64,000 nt of DNA from assembly GCA_951406725.2 (NCBI GenBank), contig OX597826.1:40176001-40240000 (forward strand), in the 5' to 3' direction. Below are positions 1-18,447 of the stretch, piece after piece. The stretch's first letter is position 1, and each line of letters starts with the position of its first letter. Below the pieces are notes generated by a model that was not told the DNA's origin, searched no databases, and worked only from the letters and a program-made list of their open reading frames with translations. Source of the DNA: Octopus vulgaris. Taxonomy: Eukaryota. A program made the translations under genes and the position numbers.

Positions 1-848
1 GTTACCATAGGAACATAACTTATGTATAAAAAGAATACGCGCTATGGAAGCAAACGTCACTTAAAATTATGAATGGAGAAATAGAATAAATGGAACTAAA
101 AACTATATTCACGCGGCAAACCAACACTACTCAAAAAAATTATGAATGGATTCTTTAATAAAACTACCATGATAAATTATTATATGTATTTATGAGTCTT
201 AGCTTATCTTGGTAGTTCTAATAAACAATTTATAGCAATCCACGTCTACTCCCGACGTCTGCTACTCTACCACACCATTCCATTCCCAACTCTAAGCAAC
301 GCTAGCCTACCAACCGGTTACAATTCCCAATTCCACTCATTCCACCGCAATCATAAGAGCTGTGACATACTTTCCTTTGATGTCACTTCTTTCATCTGCG
401 TATCCTACCTTGATGTAGCTTCTGATGTTTGGTCTTGAATAATTGATTGGCCAAATTTTCTTAGAATTTTATGAATAACGTTTCTGGTTCCTTTTTAGTA
501 GGTGCGATCTTTTGGTTTGTTTGCTTTTCGTGGAGAAAATATAAAAGAGAGAAGTAACTTTTGAGCTACATACGATTGCAACATCTACTTTAATTATTTT
601 AAAATTATTATTTTTATATTTTATATTTTAAAATATTGATATTTTAGATTGGAAGTCCACCTGAAGATTGTCGATCACGACAAGAAACAATTGTAGTGGC
701 GGTTTTTTTGACTTTTTATTAAAATTTTATGTATTGATTAAGTCTTTCCTTGTTTGTTTTGCAAAATAGTGGTTTTGTCTCTAATAATATTATATAATAT
801 TTTACTATAAAATTGGATTTAATCCTAAATCTGATTTTTTCCTGTAAA
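1..848 (+). mobile_element. Probable Penelope-like element terminal region, running off the window start
   Basis: Carries the hammerhead at 657-699 followed by a T-rich tail ending at (TA)n; no recognisable ORF. Confidence 0.45.
657..699 (+). ncRNA. Type I hammerhead ribozyme motif (minimal, Penelope-associated type)
   Basis: ccac-CTGAAGA-ttgtcg(atca)cgacaa-GAAA-caattg-TA-gtgg: stem I ccac/gtgg, perfect 6-bp stem II, both core boxes, palindromic stem III ACAATTGT. Confidence 0.85.
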
Positions 849-867
849 TTTGGATTTATTCCCTATT

Positions 868-1208
<341 letters not shown>

Positions 1209-3540
1209 TGAAGCGCAATCATAAGAGCTGTGACATACTTTCCTTTGATGTCACTTCTTTCATCTGCGTATCCTACCTTGATGTAGCTTCTGATGTTTGA
1301 TCTTGAATAATTGATTGGCCAAATTTTCTTAGAATTTTATGAATAACGTTTCTAGTTCCTTTTTGGTAGGTGGGATCTTTTTGTTTGTTTGCTTTTCGTG
1401 GAGAAAATATAAAAGAGAGAAGCGACTTTTGAGCTCCATACTATTGCAACATCTACTCTTCAGATAGAGGAGAAGAGCGTGACTTTTCCAGAAAACAGTA
1501 TATCATGATACGAGGAACAGAGCATTCATTTGCTAAACTTTGATGGCACACTTTCAAATATCGCTACGATATAAATTATTTCTGTCGATTTAGTTTTCTC
1601 TGAGGAAGAGACAAATAAAATTTTTAGTGTTATCTAATCAATTAAGCGGCACACAGAAACAATGTCCTCCATTGAGTACAATGAAATTTTTCTCTAATTC
1701 TGTCGCAATCAAGCATTGTAACTAAAACCTATAATTTCCAATTCTTATAATGGATACTAACTGAAACTGTTCATACAGTTTAGAAACTTTTGTAGGTCTG
1801 AATTGCATATTTTCATCAATCATCGAATTTTGAGGATCGTAGTGAGATCCTTTTCTAAGTTTATCGGGACTCATGAGTATATGTGGGATCATAGATGTAT
1901 ATGTCTGTCTGTAAGTATATAGCTCTTTTTCTCTCTTACACAGGGTACACACACACACACACACTCACACACACATACACACATACATACACACACACAC
2001 ACACACATATATATACACACGTACACATACATACAGATCCGCTGTTCGTAATGAAGAGAAGTATAAATATTTTAATTACATTTATAAATATTCGGCTGAA
2101 ATTTTATTTCTATTAATGTTCACTGTTATCTAAGATAACATTATCGATTTATAAAGAAGAAAACATCCTATAATCTAGAATATGGTCAGAACCTCGCTGT
2201 TACATAGATTAACAGAGGTTACACTATTATTACGCAAGGAAACATAACCCATAATTGAATAAGCTTTTCTTAAAAAATGTTCAGTAAAACATCCTTTTTC
2301 TTAATGTGGAGAACTTTACGTAATGGTGAACATTAACATTTAGCTTAAATTTCAGATGAATTTCGTTACTACTGTAGCTTCAAACAGTCTGCAACTTTTT
2401 ATCACAGAAACAGGAATATGCTTGAAATTTCGAAGTTTGTATTTCTTTAACTACAGAGAACACAAAATAGCTTCTTCCTCAACGTTAACCTATGTCCAAG
2501 CAAGATCAAGATCTTCAGTCTTTTAGTTGCTCATGTCTCATAGTATACACCGCAACCGATGTCTTTAAAAATGTACCCCATTTAAATGTAGCTTTATATT
2601 CTCCATTTTAAAATCCTAATATTTTAAAGGGATGTATCCGAAGGGATGCGTCAGCGAACGATGCTTTAAAACTTGTTTAATCGTTTTACTACATTGTCCA
2701 TTTTATTTGCTTTTGTTCTTGTGATAGAGATTTCTATCTAAAGGGCAACTTATCATTTTTCTAAAATTGCATTCGGGTTGTATTATTTGGGTGCAGATTT
2801 GCAATCCCGGGTTATGATAAAGACGTAACCGACCTTAAAGAATTGTTATTGGGGATTTTGTTGTGTTTGTGAAATGTTGACACGCGTACAAATGAATGGT
2901 CTAAATGTCCTAGCAACTTTTTTAAATGTATTTAAACTACAGCATAATTTTTCTATCTCGGTTCTTGGAGTGAAGTAAATAAAGATAACTGCTTTAATAT
3001 TTGATTTCACAGTAAAAAATAAAGCTGTATTTGTAGATACTGCCTTTTCCTGTATATCTATCTATGTATGTGTGTGTGTGTATGTGTGTTTGTGTATGTG
3101 TGTGTATATGTGTGTGTGTGTCTGTCTCTGTGTGTGTAACCAGACTTACGCGTTCTACTTGGCACTTCATTCCTAAGAGAAGCTAGCTACCTTTCCCGTA
3201 ATTCCTACAGGATCCACTTTCGACCAACTTCCTTATTTCTCAATCAGATTTCTAAATCCGTTTTTTCCTCTACTTTTATGTCTATCACTTATCTTTCATG
3301 CACAATCTCTCTGTTTTGCTCCGTCTTACTGTGCTTTCTATTATATCTCCAGGCATTTCATTTAAATACATAATCAAATATTATCTGTTTCTTTTTCACT
3401 TTAAAATCTCAATGTTTACAAATCTTGTTCTGACCAAATATCTAACTCCTCTCTAAGCAAGTAATTTAAATACAGTATTCAAATGCTGTAAAATATATAT
3501 ATGCACGTACGTTATTGTGTATTCATGTGTTTATATGCGC

Positions 3541-3596
<56 letters not shown>

Positions 3597-3941
3597 ATAT
3601 ACACATACATACTACATACATACATGCATACATACGTACACACATACATACGTACATACATAATGCATACATACACTAACAAAGTATCATTTGATATCTT
3701 GTCGTGATATAATACATCCGTTTCCATGAATGCCACTCTTAACCTTAATTCACAGATCAGCTTAAAGGGTACGAAAATTCTTGACAATTGCCTGAAGCCA
3801 GTCGATCTTAACATTGCTACACACGGTATAGATACTGATAGAGAGAGTGGCGGTAGGAGGGATGGCGAGAATGGTGATAGTAGTTTGATGATGTTGGGTT
3901 GGTGAGAAATTGCTAATAGCTTTGAGCATGAAAATGAGATT

Positions 3942-4056
3942 AGTGGTGGTGGTGGTGGTTTTGGTGTTGTTGTTGTTGTTGCTGGTGGTGGTGGTGGTGG
4001 TGGTGGTGGTGGTGGTGGTGGTGGTGGTGGTGGTGGTGGTTTTGATGGTGGTGGCG
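3942..4056. repeat. (GGT)n/(GTT)n trinucleotide repeat
   Basis: Read directly from the sequence. Confidence 0.95.
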
Positions 4057-5189
4057 GTGAGATTGGCAGTACTGATGATGGCGGTGTTTTGCGTTGCTGC
4101 AATGATATTAGATCGATGTGGTTTTGTCAATGCTGTCTTGCTTTACTGTTACCCAGGATTCGGATCAGAGATTTTCCAGACATGACCATCCTGTTTTAAA
4201 AAGTGCACGTACCAACATTATCAAACGTGTTTCTTTAATGACAATATTCTATGAATTGAGCGAGCTTTGGCTGCTATGCACAAGGACGGTCATATATTGC
4301 CCCGCCTTACTGGTGTGTCTTATCCTTTTGCTCGTGCTGCTGGTGGTATTGATATTGGTGGAGATGTTAGTGGTAGTGGACATTTGAGTGTGATAATAGT
4401 AACGGTGTATTTATTTAACGGTGACGACGATGAGAGCGATGCTTGTGGAGCTAGATAATATTTCTTTGTGTATTGTGTCCCAGTGGTGTCATTATTATCC
4501 AATGGTTCAACAATTATTGCACAATTAAGATCATCAACTTTACACAAAGCCATCCCATAAGAATTCGGAACAGTGTCACCTTTCCAGTGCCATAAAAGGC
4601 ATTTTTCATCCACCGATATTAGTTCCACTTAATGGAACCAACTGCATTACCGTCACCACCACGAACACCATCACCACGACACCACTTCTATCACCACCAC
4701 GACCACCACCATCGCAGTACAGAAGACCAAAAGACGACGACGAAGATGAAAAATAAGAAGGAAAAGGAGATTGGAGTAGGAGGAAGAGGAATAGAAGGCG
4801 GAGAAGAATAGAGGAGGAAGTGATAGAGAAAAGAAGACGGCAAATGAGACGTAAGAGAAGACAACGTTGGCAGGAACATTAATTCATTAGGTTATGATTG
4901 AGTAGGACGAAGCAATTTTAGTTGAGATTATAGAAAATGGAGAAAATGAAAATGCCGGAGAAAGATGCGGATGAAAGAAACAAGGGAAGATGGAAAGAGA
5001 AACGAATGCAAGAACGTGAATAAAAGGAATACTTCAGCAAGGAGCACATCCATGAGAATGTGGAACCTAATCATGGAGAAATGGAGTCATCAATTTATTA
5101 CTGACAGACATTTCCAGACACCAATTTTGAAAGTAATCAGCTTGAGATATACATAAACACACGCACACATACAAACTATCTATGTGTGT

Positions 5190-5244
<55 letters not shown>

Positions 5245-5899
5245 CAAAGAGAGATAACTTGATAGATAGATAGATTGATTGATAGACAGGCATACACACA
5301 AACAGGAAGATAGCTACATACATATACATGTAGATCTATATATATGTATAATTATATATATATGCATGTGTGTATACATGTGTGTGTATTTATATATGTA
5401 TGTTTGTATGTATGCATGTATGTACGTATGTATGTATGCATGCATGTATGTATGTATGTACGTACACACTCAGAACTTTCCACTATCTATAAATTACCAT
5501 ATCTCTATCCTTTGTCCTGGAACCGAAATATAACTAAATAATAATTTAGATTGTTATAAATACTAATATAGTTCCTATATCCTGGATGTTTAACGATAGG
5601 TAATCAGCCATCGATTAGACCTATCATCAAATATATTTCAGATGCAATCCTCCCATCCCACATTATCCAATGTGCTTTACTTTACAAAAGATAGTTGTAT
5701 AGGATTCAAAGTTTAATTGGTTGCTCTTTTCTACTGATGGAACAAATGCTCAAAAGTACTGCATGTAGGTTCAATTATAAATTGCTAGACCAATTGAATT
5801 AAATACATAATTATATATAGTGTTGAGTCAAAAGTTTTGCAATAATTTTGTAACTGATTTGCTTCATTCAAGTTACAACAAAAGCAGTCTAGCATTGAA

Positions 5900-6660
5900 A
5901 GTATAGGCCATCGTTTTGGATAGTCTGAACCCACCTTTCTGCCAGTTCTTTGATTCCGCAATGATACCAATTCTTGTCCTTAGAAGCAAAGAAATCCTTC
6001 ACTGAAACTTCCACTTCTTGGTTGATGAAGCCTCATGAGAACAGGAAGTGTACCATGGATTAGAACAAATAATACTCCGTAGAGGAGAGCTAGGTCTGGA
6101 CTATATGATCGATGTAGCATTAATTTGATTCGATCAGGCTCCTGGAGTATATTCCGGATCGTTCGAGTGCTATGATGTTTCTGCAGAAGAGTTTGATTTC
6201 TGTCACCAATGCTGAATATTTTTAGCGCACAATGGCATATATTCGTGATATTTTCCAAGTGTTGCTGACCAGAGTGGAATTTATGGCCTGGAGTATGGCG
6301 TACCTGGTGTACGGTTTTAGGCCAACTTGATATTGCCTGATCCTCAAGGTCCTCGCAACATGAGTATAAATTTCTTGAAAAATTTGGTTACAGTAAAATG
6401 ATCAACTGCGCCCTCATCTTTTACACAGCATATATGTTTTGGTTGCTTCCGCAGCGTTATGGTCCGTTTCAAACTCGTAAAGCATAAGTTCCCGAATTAG
6501 ACTACGTTGCATGTTCGTCTGTGCGGCTTTAAAATCACCTACAGTGTGAAGCAATGTACAATGTGTCAGCGCACCTACTATCGTGATACTACCAACGTAA
6601 GCAGGTACCTACCACTGCTTGAACTGCTTCGGTCATGTGACAAAACCGCCGCAAACTAGC
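5900..6660 (-). mobile_element. Degraded, internally deleted mariner transposon
   Basis: Minus strand gives an N-terminal HTH-like MLYEFETDHNAAEATK near 6490 and a C-terminal HRSYSPDLA (mariner HPPYSPDLA) near 6100. Confidence 0.8.
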
Positions 6661-6817
6661 ACTAGTTTACAAATAAAAAAAAACTCTTCAAACAATTCAC
6701 ACGCACACGTCTCCAACAGCCAAGGGGTTAAAAATGTGTCAACAGAAGGGCACATAGGATTCATGACCTGGATACGGGCTGCCCTCCTTAGAGTGTGAGA
6801 AATCCAATCCCAAAAAT

Positions 6818-9668
<2,851 letters not shown>

Positions 9669-9674
9669 CATAAT

Positions 9675-10561
9675 CTATGGCAAATACCCAAAGAGAGCGA
9701 ATAATGCAGATATTGACTCATCAATGGCTAATTGCCTCTGGCTTAAAATCTGGAACAGAGGGGTTTATCATAGCAGCTCAAGATCAATGCCTACCAACAA
9801 GAAACTACCAGGCCAACATATTAAAGAACAGCAGCAGTCCAACGTGTCGTGTATGCCAGCAACAAAATGAAACCATTGATCATGTGGTCTCCAAGTGCAG
9901 TCTTCTAGCGCCTACAGAGTATCTCAAAAGGCTGCACAATATATTCACTCGGTAATCTGCAAAAACCTGGTGGGAACACAAACCACCCCCAGTGCTTGAA
10001 AATGACCGCATCTCACTCCTCTGAAACTTCACCATTCAAACTGACAGAAAGATAGATGCAAATAGGCCAGTAATCATATTGAAAGACTTCAAACAAAGAA
10101 CATGCCTCCTCATTGATATGACTGTCCCAATCGATATAAACGTATCTGTCAAGACCTACCAAAAACTGAGCAAATATAAAGATCTTAAAATAGAAATCAG
10201 CAAAATGTGGAACCTGAAGACTAAAACAATACCTGTTGTCATAGGTGCCCTGGGAATGATAGCAAAAGGGGCTGATAGCTACCTAACTCAGATACCAGGA
10301 AACCCTAAAATGGCAGAAATTCAAAAGATAGTGCTCATGGGAACTGCTCATATCCTACGCAAAATACTTTCTATGTAATCTCAAGGTTTAAAACAAACAT
10401 TAAAAAATTTTTTTTTAGACATCCACCAGTAGAACACAAAAAACAACCAAATATATGGCACACTAGGCATAACAACAACGTGAACTTCCAACCTGTTGTC
10501 TCCTGAGGTCTCCGGGTGAGACTTGGAGCCAACTTGTACAAATTTAAAGCAAAAGTCAAAC

Positions 10562-10562
<1 letters not shown>
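9675..10562 (+). mobile_element. 3' fragment of a second R4/Dong family, internally deleted
   Basis: YGKY, HQWL, TEGFIIAAQDQ, CRVC..ETIDHVVSKC, LLIDMTVP, ILRKILSM*; its 3' UTR differs from the first family; (TAA)n flanks. Confidence 0.9.
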
Positions 10563-11341
<779 letters not shown>

Positions 11342-11367
11342 ATAATAATAATAATTTGTTTTTCTTT

Positions 11368-11588
11368 TTTCTTTATTGCCCACAATGAACTAAACACAGA
11401 GGGGACAAACAAGTACAGACAAAGGGATCAAGTCGATTACTTCGACCCCAGTGCGTAACTGGTACTTAATTTTATTGACCCCTAAAGGAGGAAAGGCAAA
11501 GTCGACCTCGGCGGAATTTGAACGTAACGGCAGACGAAATACCGCTAAGCATTTCGCCCGACTAACATTTTTGCCAGCTCGCCGCCTT
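11368..11588 (-). mobile_element. tRNA-related SINE
   Basis: Minus strand starts aaggcggcgagctggc and has a B-box-like gttcaaattcc; its 3' part matches 44252-44345. Confidence 0.75.
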
Positions 11589-11594
11589 TAATAA

Positions 11595-12136
11595 AATGCC
11601 CTCATGAATTACTAGGTAGTGGCTCTCATGGCTTCTGATCTTAAATGATTGGAAGTGAAATCATGTACATTGTTTTGTCTTGGTATAAAATATGGGATAC
11701 AGCAAATATTCTGCTGAATACCACAGATGTGTTTGTCAGTTGTTTGACCTTAACCAGGTGAGCATGTTCCTTACTGGCTGACGATATATGCACTCTGATC
11801 ATGGGCAGTAGTAGGGGAGCATCATACTCATGTGTTGAAGGGAATTCTTTGAGGTTTCGATAATCCGCCTTCGGAAACAGGAGTGTTTCGTCCAACAACC
11901 TTAAACAACACTTATGCAGGGACCTTTTGAGCGGGATGGGCTACTCGACGTGGAGAAAATTCCTCCTGCAAAGTCATACGCTGTTTATCTTCATATGTGC
12001 TCACCATGTCACGCACATATGGCTGTGATGCATGTGCGTGATGTATCCTTATCAGACGGGTAGTCATGACGGGTATATTAGGCTTCGTATATTTTTCCCA
12101 GTGTCACTTAGATAGCATACACTACTCACTCACGCA
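11595..12136 (+). mobile_element. Non-coding interspersed repeat (~540 bp) ending at a trinucleotide tract
   Basis: Diverged reverse-complement copy at 60596-61060; this copy ends in (TGA)n at 12137-12238. Confidence 0.8.
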
Positions 12137-12163
12137 ATGATGATGATGATGATGATAATGATA

Positions 12164-12196
<33 letters not shown>

Positions 12197-12239
12197 ATGA
12201 TTATGATGATTATGATGATGATGATGATGATGATAATGA

Positions 12240-13030
12240 ACAATACAACATACACGAATGAAAGAGAAAATGTAAAAAGTATACTGTAGACAAGTTAGAT
12301 AAATACTGAAAACAGCTGAAAAACAAGATAATAGGTATGAACACTCTAGCCATCTCAGTTAGAAGTTGCAGATACAATATTCTTAACTTGAATCTAAATT
12401 AACTTATCAAAATAGACTGGAAAACAAGAAAAATGATGACAGGATTTAGGATGCACTACCCAAATTCTGACATAGAAAGTTTATATATACACACATAGAG
12501 AAATTAAGGCTAATAAACCGGATATAGTTGTCAGAAATCACCAAGGAAAAAGATGTATTAATACCAACAGATAACAACGTTTCTCTAAAAGAAATGGAGA
12601 AACATTCAAAATACAATGATCTAGAAATAGAAGTAATTTGAATGTGGAGCCTAAAAACAGAAACAATTCCTATCATAATAGGACACCAAATGAATGGAAA
12701 AATCGCTGCCATTATTTACATTGGGAAATATGCAAAAAGCTACAAAGTCACCACGCCTGCGTACTGGTATGAACATCCTGCCGAGCCAGTCGTTGAAGGT
12801 AAAATTGTCACTATCTTCTGGGATTTTCCAGTCAACACCGACCGAACAATCCAGGGTAAACGACCAGACATAGTCATTAAAGACGGAGAAGAAAATACTT
12901 GTAGATTAATAGATGTAAGTGTGCCCAAATTATAAAAATATATCTGTAAAAGAATTTGAAAAAATTATGTAATTATAAGGAGCTGGAAATTGAAATACAG
13001 AAGATATAACATCTCAAAGCGAGACACTAC
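12240..13030 (+). pseudogene. Mosaic of older R4/Dong fragments
   Basis: MHYPNSDI, NKPDIVV, MWSLKTETIPIIIG, WYEH, FWDFPVNTDRTIQGKRPDIVIKD, LIDVSVP, with stops and deletions. Confidence 0.8.
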
Positions 13031-13479
13031 GTCTTTAAAGGGACTTTCCTTGGATGAAATATCTCAGCTAAAATTCGCTTAACAACATACATATATTCCG
13101 AATGTGACATCGGTTATCCCACACACACAAACGCACACATATGTGTATGTGTGCTTTTAAGTATGTTTACGTGTACATACCAACACGTTTGAAACATATG
13201 ATGAATCAAAACTGACCTACGTAGGATTAAACAACAAGAGCACGAAACAGATAAATTTTGTATGTGTCTACTATTAACTAAACGAAAATTAAATAGGAAA
13301 GGCAATAAAAGTTTCCAGGAAACGATGGAACAACTCTTCCTTACTTCTACTTTTTTCTAATTCAGATACTACTCACTGTGTAGGGCAGCTGACGTCATTG
13401 TGATGCTGCTGCTCAAAAAACTAGGAACAATCTCCTTCGTCTAGGAAGTGCGAACAAGGAAAACAATAAAGGAAAATTT

Positions 13480-13960
13480 GAAAATATGAAGCAACAAGGA
13501 ATGTATGAATATTGACATCATGGGAAAATCTGAAACTAATGAAACAGAAGTTGATGGTAAGATTCTAAGAGAAAATCGCATAATGTTGTATGTCGATTAA
13601 GAAGAGAATTGGAAGAATGGAAAGAAGGAAAAATATAGAAAAAAATCACTAATTAGATGATGGGAGATTCAATTAATGATAATTGTAAACCTACACGGCG
13701 TATTTTTTCAATATCAACATCATATACACATAAACTTTACACAAGAATATGGCATCAGGAGATAAAAGTATTCTTCCAATAAATTTAAAATGAAAAATGA
13801 GATAAGAATTATTACGGGAGATTTTGATCGAAAACTCAGCGGGGAAAGCAGCAATAATATAACAAGTCGTTATTGATTATGGGGAATAAATGAAAGAGGC
13901 GAACAACTGATTCATTCTTACGAAAGAAAAGCTTGAAGGGGCACCAAAAGCTTGTTGTTG
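13480..13960 (+). pseudogene. Degraded APE-endonuclease region of an RTE-like LINE
   Basis: NIDIMGKSET, IITGDFD and INERGEQL-like remnants in mixed frames. Confidence 0.5.
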
Positions 13961-14702
13961 CGAGTACCATTAAAGATGAGCTCATGGGACATACAACGTA
14001 AACTAAATAATAAGTCACAGTTCCAATCGTATCCAACTTTCAAAAATGAACATACTCTTAAGTAGATATAGGGTTCATATTATAATACAGTGGTAAATAA
14101 ATTAGTAGTAAATAAAATGGTAACTTAATTAAAGTTATATTGATAATTACAAGAAAAAAATAAACGGTAGTGGACAGTATATAAACAGAACTTATAATGT
14201 GAAAAACGAAATGCACACACACACATACACACAAGCACACACACACTCACACATACACACAAATATTCTCTTCCAGTCATTCGACATTTTAGCTGCATCA
14301 CTTACCTGCTTCTGTGTGGTGTATGGATGTAAGTGTGGTTGATTCGTGAGTGCAGAGAAAGAAGGGGGGAGAGATGAAGAGAGAGATACTCAGAGTACAG
14401 AAAACCCTATAAGAATACAGAGGCGATACATACATATAGAAGATATATACATACATATATATTTAAACAAAAATGAGGCGACTATTAATTGGCAATCTTA
14501 CAGAATAGAAGAAGTCAAACCGTCCAAACCACATTTAAGAGCAATTTCGAGGGGAATGAAGAATAAAAATTTTTATCTTCTTTTTTACAACCATAACTAG
14601 ATTTCAAACGTTAATTAGCAAATGAAATAATTTGCTAGGCGAAGTTCTCATCGATGGCTTCGCCAAAATAATTAAAACATAAGTTATACCTTCATATATA
14701 CA

Positions 14703-14776
<74 letters not shown>

Positions 14777-14884
14777 GAGTGAGAGAAAGAGGTTGGACAA
14801 AATAAAGTAAACACCTTAAAATTTTAAACAAATTTATTCTAATAAGGAGTATGACCGGCTTTAGCAGTAATTACAACTGGAATT

Positions 14885-15290
14885 CTAAGATGTATGAAAT
14901 CGTACAAAGAGTGAATTGTTTCCAAAGGAATTTTTGTCCATCCCGCAGCTAAAACAGTCTCCAGTTCTTGTAGCGATAATGATGGAGTATATCGACTCCT
15001 TACTTGTTTTTCTAGAATGCACCAAAAAATTTTCAGTAATATTCAGATCTGGGGACTGTGATGGCCAGATAAAATATCCATCTTCGCTAGAATGTTCCTC
15101 ATGCCATTCAGTAAAAACTTTAGCTGTGTGAATTGGTGCACTATCATCATGAAAGACTGCGTTTCCCTCTCGAAACAGTTTCGCAACCATATTATCAAAT
15201 AAAATGCTAAAATAGTATTGGCTATTAATTTTGCCATTAAAGGAAACCATTGGGCCAATGGATTTCCAAGATATAGCCCCACCACCAACC
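14885..15290 (-). mobile_element. Tc1-family transposase C-terminal remnant
   Basis: [37 protein letters not shown]. Confidence 0.85.
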
Positions 15291-16339
15291 ATGTATGTCT
15301 GTATGTATGTATGTATGTATGTATGTATGTATGTATGTATGTATGTATGTATGTATTTATGAATGTATGTATGCATGTATGTATGTATGTATATATGTAT
15401 GTATGCATGCATGCATGTATTTATGAATGTATGTATGTATGTACGTATGTATGTATGTCCATATGTATGTATGCATGTATGTATGTATGTATGTATGCAT
15501 GTATGTATGTATGTATGTATGGAGAAAGAGAGGAAGATCGTGAGGAGAAAGAAAAGAAAAGGCATATACTGGCTGATTTATTTCTACAGAAGTATTTTTG
15601 TCGGATATATTCCTTCGAATTTGGATACCAACACTTTTCTCAAAATTGTACAGGGATATGTATGTCCGCTTGGTTGTATACATGAGAAAAGAAAACGTGT
15701 GTTTCTCTAACTATCTTTCAAAATTACTCAGAAACAATTTAGAGCCTATTTGTATACTGCGAAAGCTATCAGATGAAGTTTATTTTAATATTTACCCAAT
15801 TCTACAACGTTATTCTGTTGTTATTTGGACAGACTTGAATGTCATAAACGTAAACAAGGCATCGTTTACATGAATATTTCGCTTTTAGATAATTTTCACT
15901 AATTAACAAAAATTGCATACATACATTGTTCCCGTATTTACATTGAGAAGGCAAACCTAACCGCGTAAATGGAAATTTCAAATTTGGTTTTGGAACTTAT
16001 CGAAATTTTCGTAAACATGAAGGTTTGTCGAAAACTCCATGATTACGTTGAAGATGTTTTTTCTTTTCTTTATTAATCATTATATAATAAATTGTATTTC
16101 ACTCAAAGTCGCTTCAATTTCAAATTATTCCGATCTATTTGCATTTTCCTTAGAAATATTTCAGGACGAACTAAAACACCTACTCACCACCAAGAGGTCA
16201 TATTGATATATAAGATATATTGTTCATACGTACATACCTATATACATACATACATACATAAAAACATGCATGCATGCATATGTATGCACAAGTGACAGAA
16301 AATGAAGTTTACGAGATTCTTTAATAATCACTACGATTG

Positions 16340-17052
16340 TTTCGACCCATCTTGCATCGTTCCCTTACGGGTGAGATATTGTAGAAATAGTTGTGGTGCA
16401 TCATTGATGCAGATGTTTCTCGGAAGGTAACTTGTCAAAAGATAACTTGTCAAAAGGTACCTTGTTTTTAAATCTCTGTTTTGCTTATTTTTATTAGAAT
16501 ATATTTTAGTAGTTGTGGTGTGCGAGGGTCTACAGACACTCTCCGCATTCACAAATCCTCCGCTAAAATGGAATGCATTGACCTTGCGCTTGTTTCCACG
16601 TCGTGAGCAATTTCCTGAGTTGTTACACGACAATCTTCCATGACTGTTCGCCGAACATTCACAATCGGGTCCTCGTTTCGTCTTGTGGATGGCTTCACTG
16701 AGCGTGAGTCGCTCTCCACTCAGGTGCGGTCATTCTTGAAGCGCTTGTACTACTCCTTCATCTGCGTTTTGCCCATCACCAAAGGCCTGCTGAATATTCT
16801 GAATAATTTGCGCTTGAGGATCACTAAATTTTGGCAAAACCATTCCACAATAAATCTACTCGGTGCGTTCGATGAAAACGAAAATCCAACGTGCGCGTAC
16901 TACACGTTTGAACTCTAGGCGCAACTTCCGGGCACTGGCACGGCCTACTGGCGGTAAAACTTTTTTGCCTGCCGGGGATGGGCGGGTGTAACGTCACCTC
17001 CCGCCCAAAGGATTTTGCCCACGCAGCATTAGTCTTTTGGGATGCTCCTAGT
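16340..17052 (-). mobile_element. Degraded mariner-like element; partial duplicate of its subterminal region at 17331-17389
   Basis: HTH-region remnants on the minus strand; TIR-like end ...gggatgctcctagta running into (TA)n; acgaaaatccaacgtgcgcgtactacac is repeated. Confidence 0.6.
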
Positions 17053-17087
17053 ACATATATTTTATATATACATACATAGATATATAT

Positions 17088-17138
<51 letters not shown>

Positions 17139-17168
17139 CACACACCCAAGAGCACACACATACACACG

Positions 17169-17216
<48 letters not shown>

Positions 17217-17533
17217 CAATTGCAGCATAAACCATTTGATAAACCATTTTAAAAAACACAAAAGCCATTAGATTCACATCAACATTTAAATTTAATTTGT
17301 GTTAAAATATTTTGTCGCGGTTTCAAAGGGACGAAAATCCAACGTGCGCGTACTACACTTTTGAACTCTTGGCGCAACTGCCGGGCACTTTACTTGTCTG
17401 CGGTGCAAGGAAATGCAACAACAACTGTTCTGTTATTCCGTATGATTAAGAAAGTATTATACTCAACATCTGTGACATGCAATCTGAAATATGTATGTAT
17501 TTATATATGTATGTATGTACGTATGTATGTATG

Positions 17534-17565
<32 letters not shown>

Positions 17566-18281
17566 ACGCCAAATATGTTACTTCTCTAAATGTAGTTAAA
17601 GAATGCCAAAGGTCAGCTAGAGCGTTTTAGAAATATTTAATATTTAGAGTTGATAGTACTTATAACACATTTTTTTACGTCAGTATCTTATTGGTAAGAA
17701 ACGGTCAGAATTTAGATATCAGATAACTTAGAATTTCACCCAATAATTTGATCAATAACCGAAAATATAGTTGGAAGAGTGTTATTAAAATTATATCTCT
17801 TTCTTTCGGCTTGTCGTACAGAACCCTTTATTACAATTTGAAATATGTCCCTTTCTGCTGCCAACGCAGCGGTGTCAGAGCTCTTCAGAAATTACACCTT
17901 ATAGAATCAGGCCTACAATTTATTTGAAACATTTTTGGGTCCATTCCAAAATTTTAGGCAAGTCACTACATCAAATATCCTGATAATTGTCCTTCGTGGT
18001 GGCCAGCTACAGAGCTATACAGAATTTTGCAGAAATCCCTCTGGTATTAGCTGGTTATATTGAAATTGGTTATTCATGAAAGAATTTTGCTAAGACTTTT
18101 CAAGCGACTTTATCCAATGGAGATTGTGTGCATTGGCATTTATACATAGAAATTGAAATGTTAGGAAATTTCCTCTCCACAGCACTTTGAATTTTCGATT
18201 AACGCTCAAAACATAATGTTGCCCCTCTTTGTAACTCTGCCGCCGTCACTACTACTTCTACTATTACAACTACTACTACTA

Positions 18282-18296
18282 ATATTAATAATAATA

Positions 18297-18354
<58 letters not shown>

Positions 18355-18376
18355 CGATGACGACGATGATGATGAC

Positions 18377-18446
<70 letters not shown>

Positions 18447-18447
18447 C
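18282..18447. repeat. (TAA)n/(TGA)n microsatellite
   Basis: Read directly from the sequence. Confidence 0.97.

Noticed and set aside
1598-1670. ctgagga...gaaacaatgtc as a hammerhead
   Set aside because: Stems I and II do not pair.
3512-4185. Poly-Pro/Thr/Val ORFs resembling formin or mucin
   Set aside because: Explained by the (GGT)n repeat.
4320-4628. 102-aa minus-strand ORF (ELISVDEKCLLWHWKG...) as a possible host exon
   Set aside because: No recognisable domain, a weak acceptor and stops in all adjoining frames; it cannot be supported without RNA-seq or homology.
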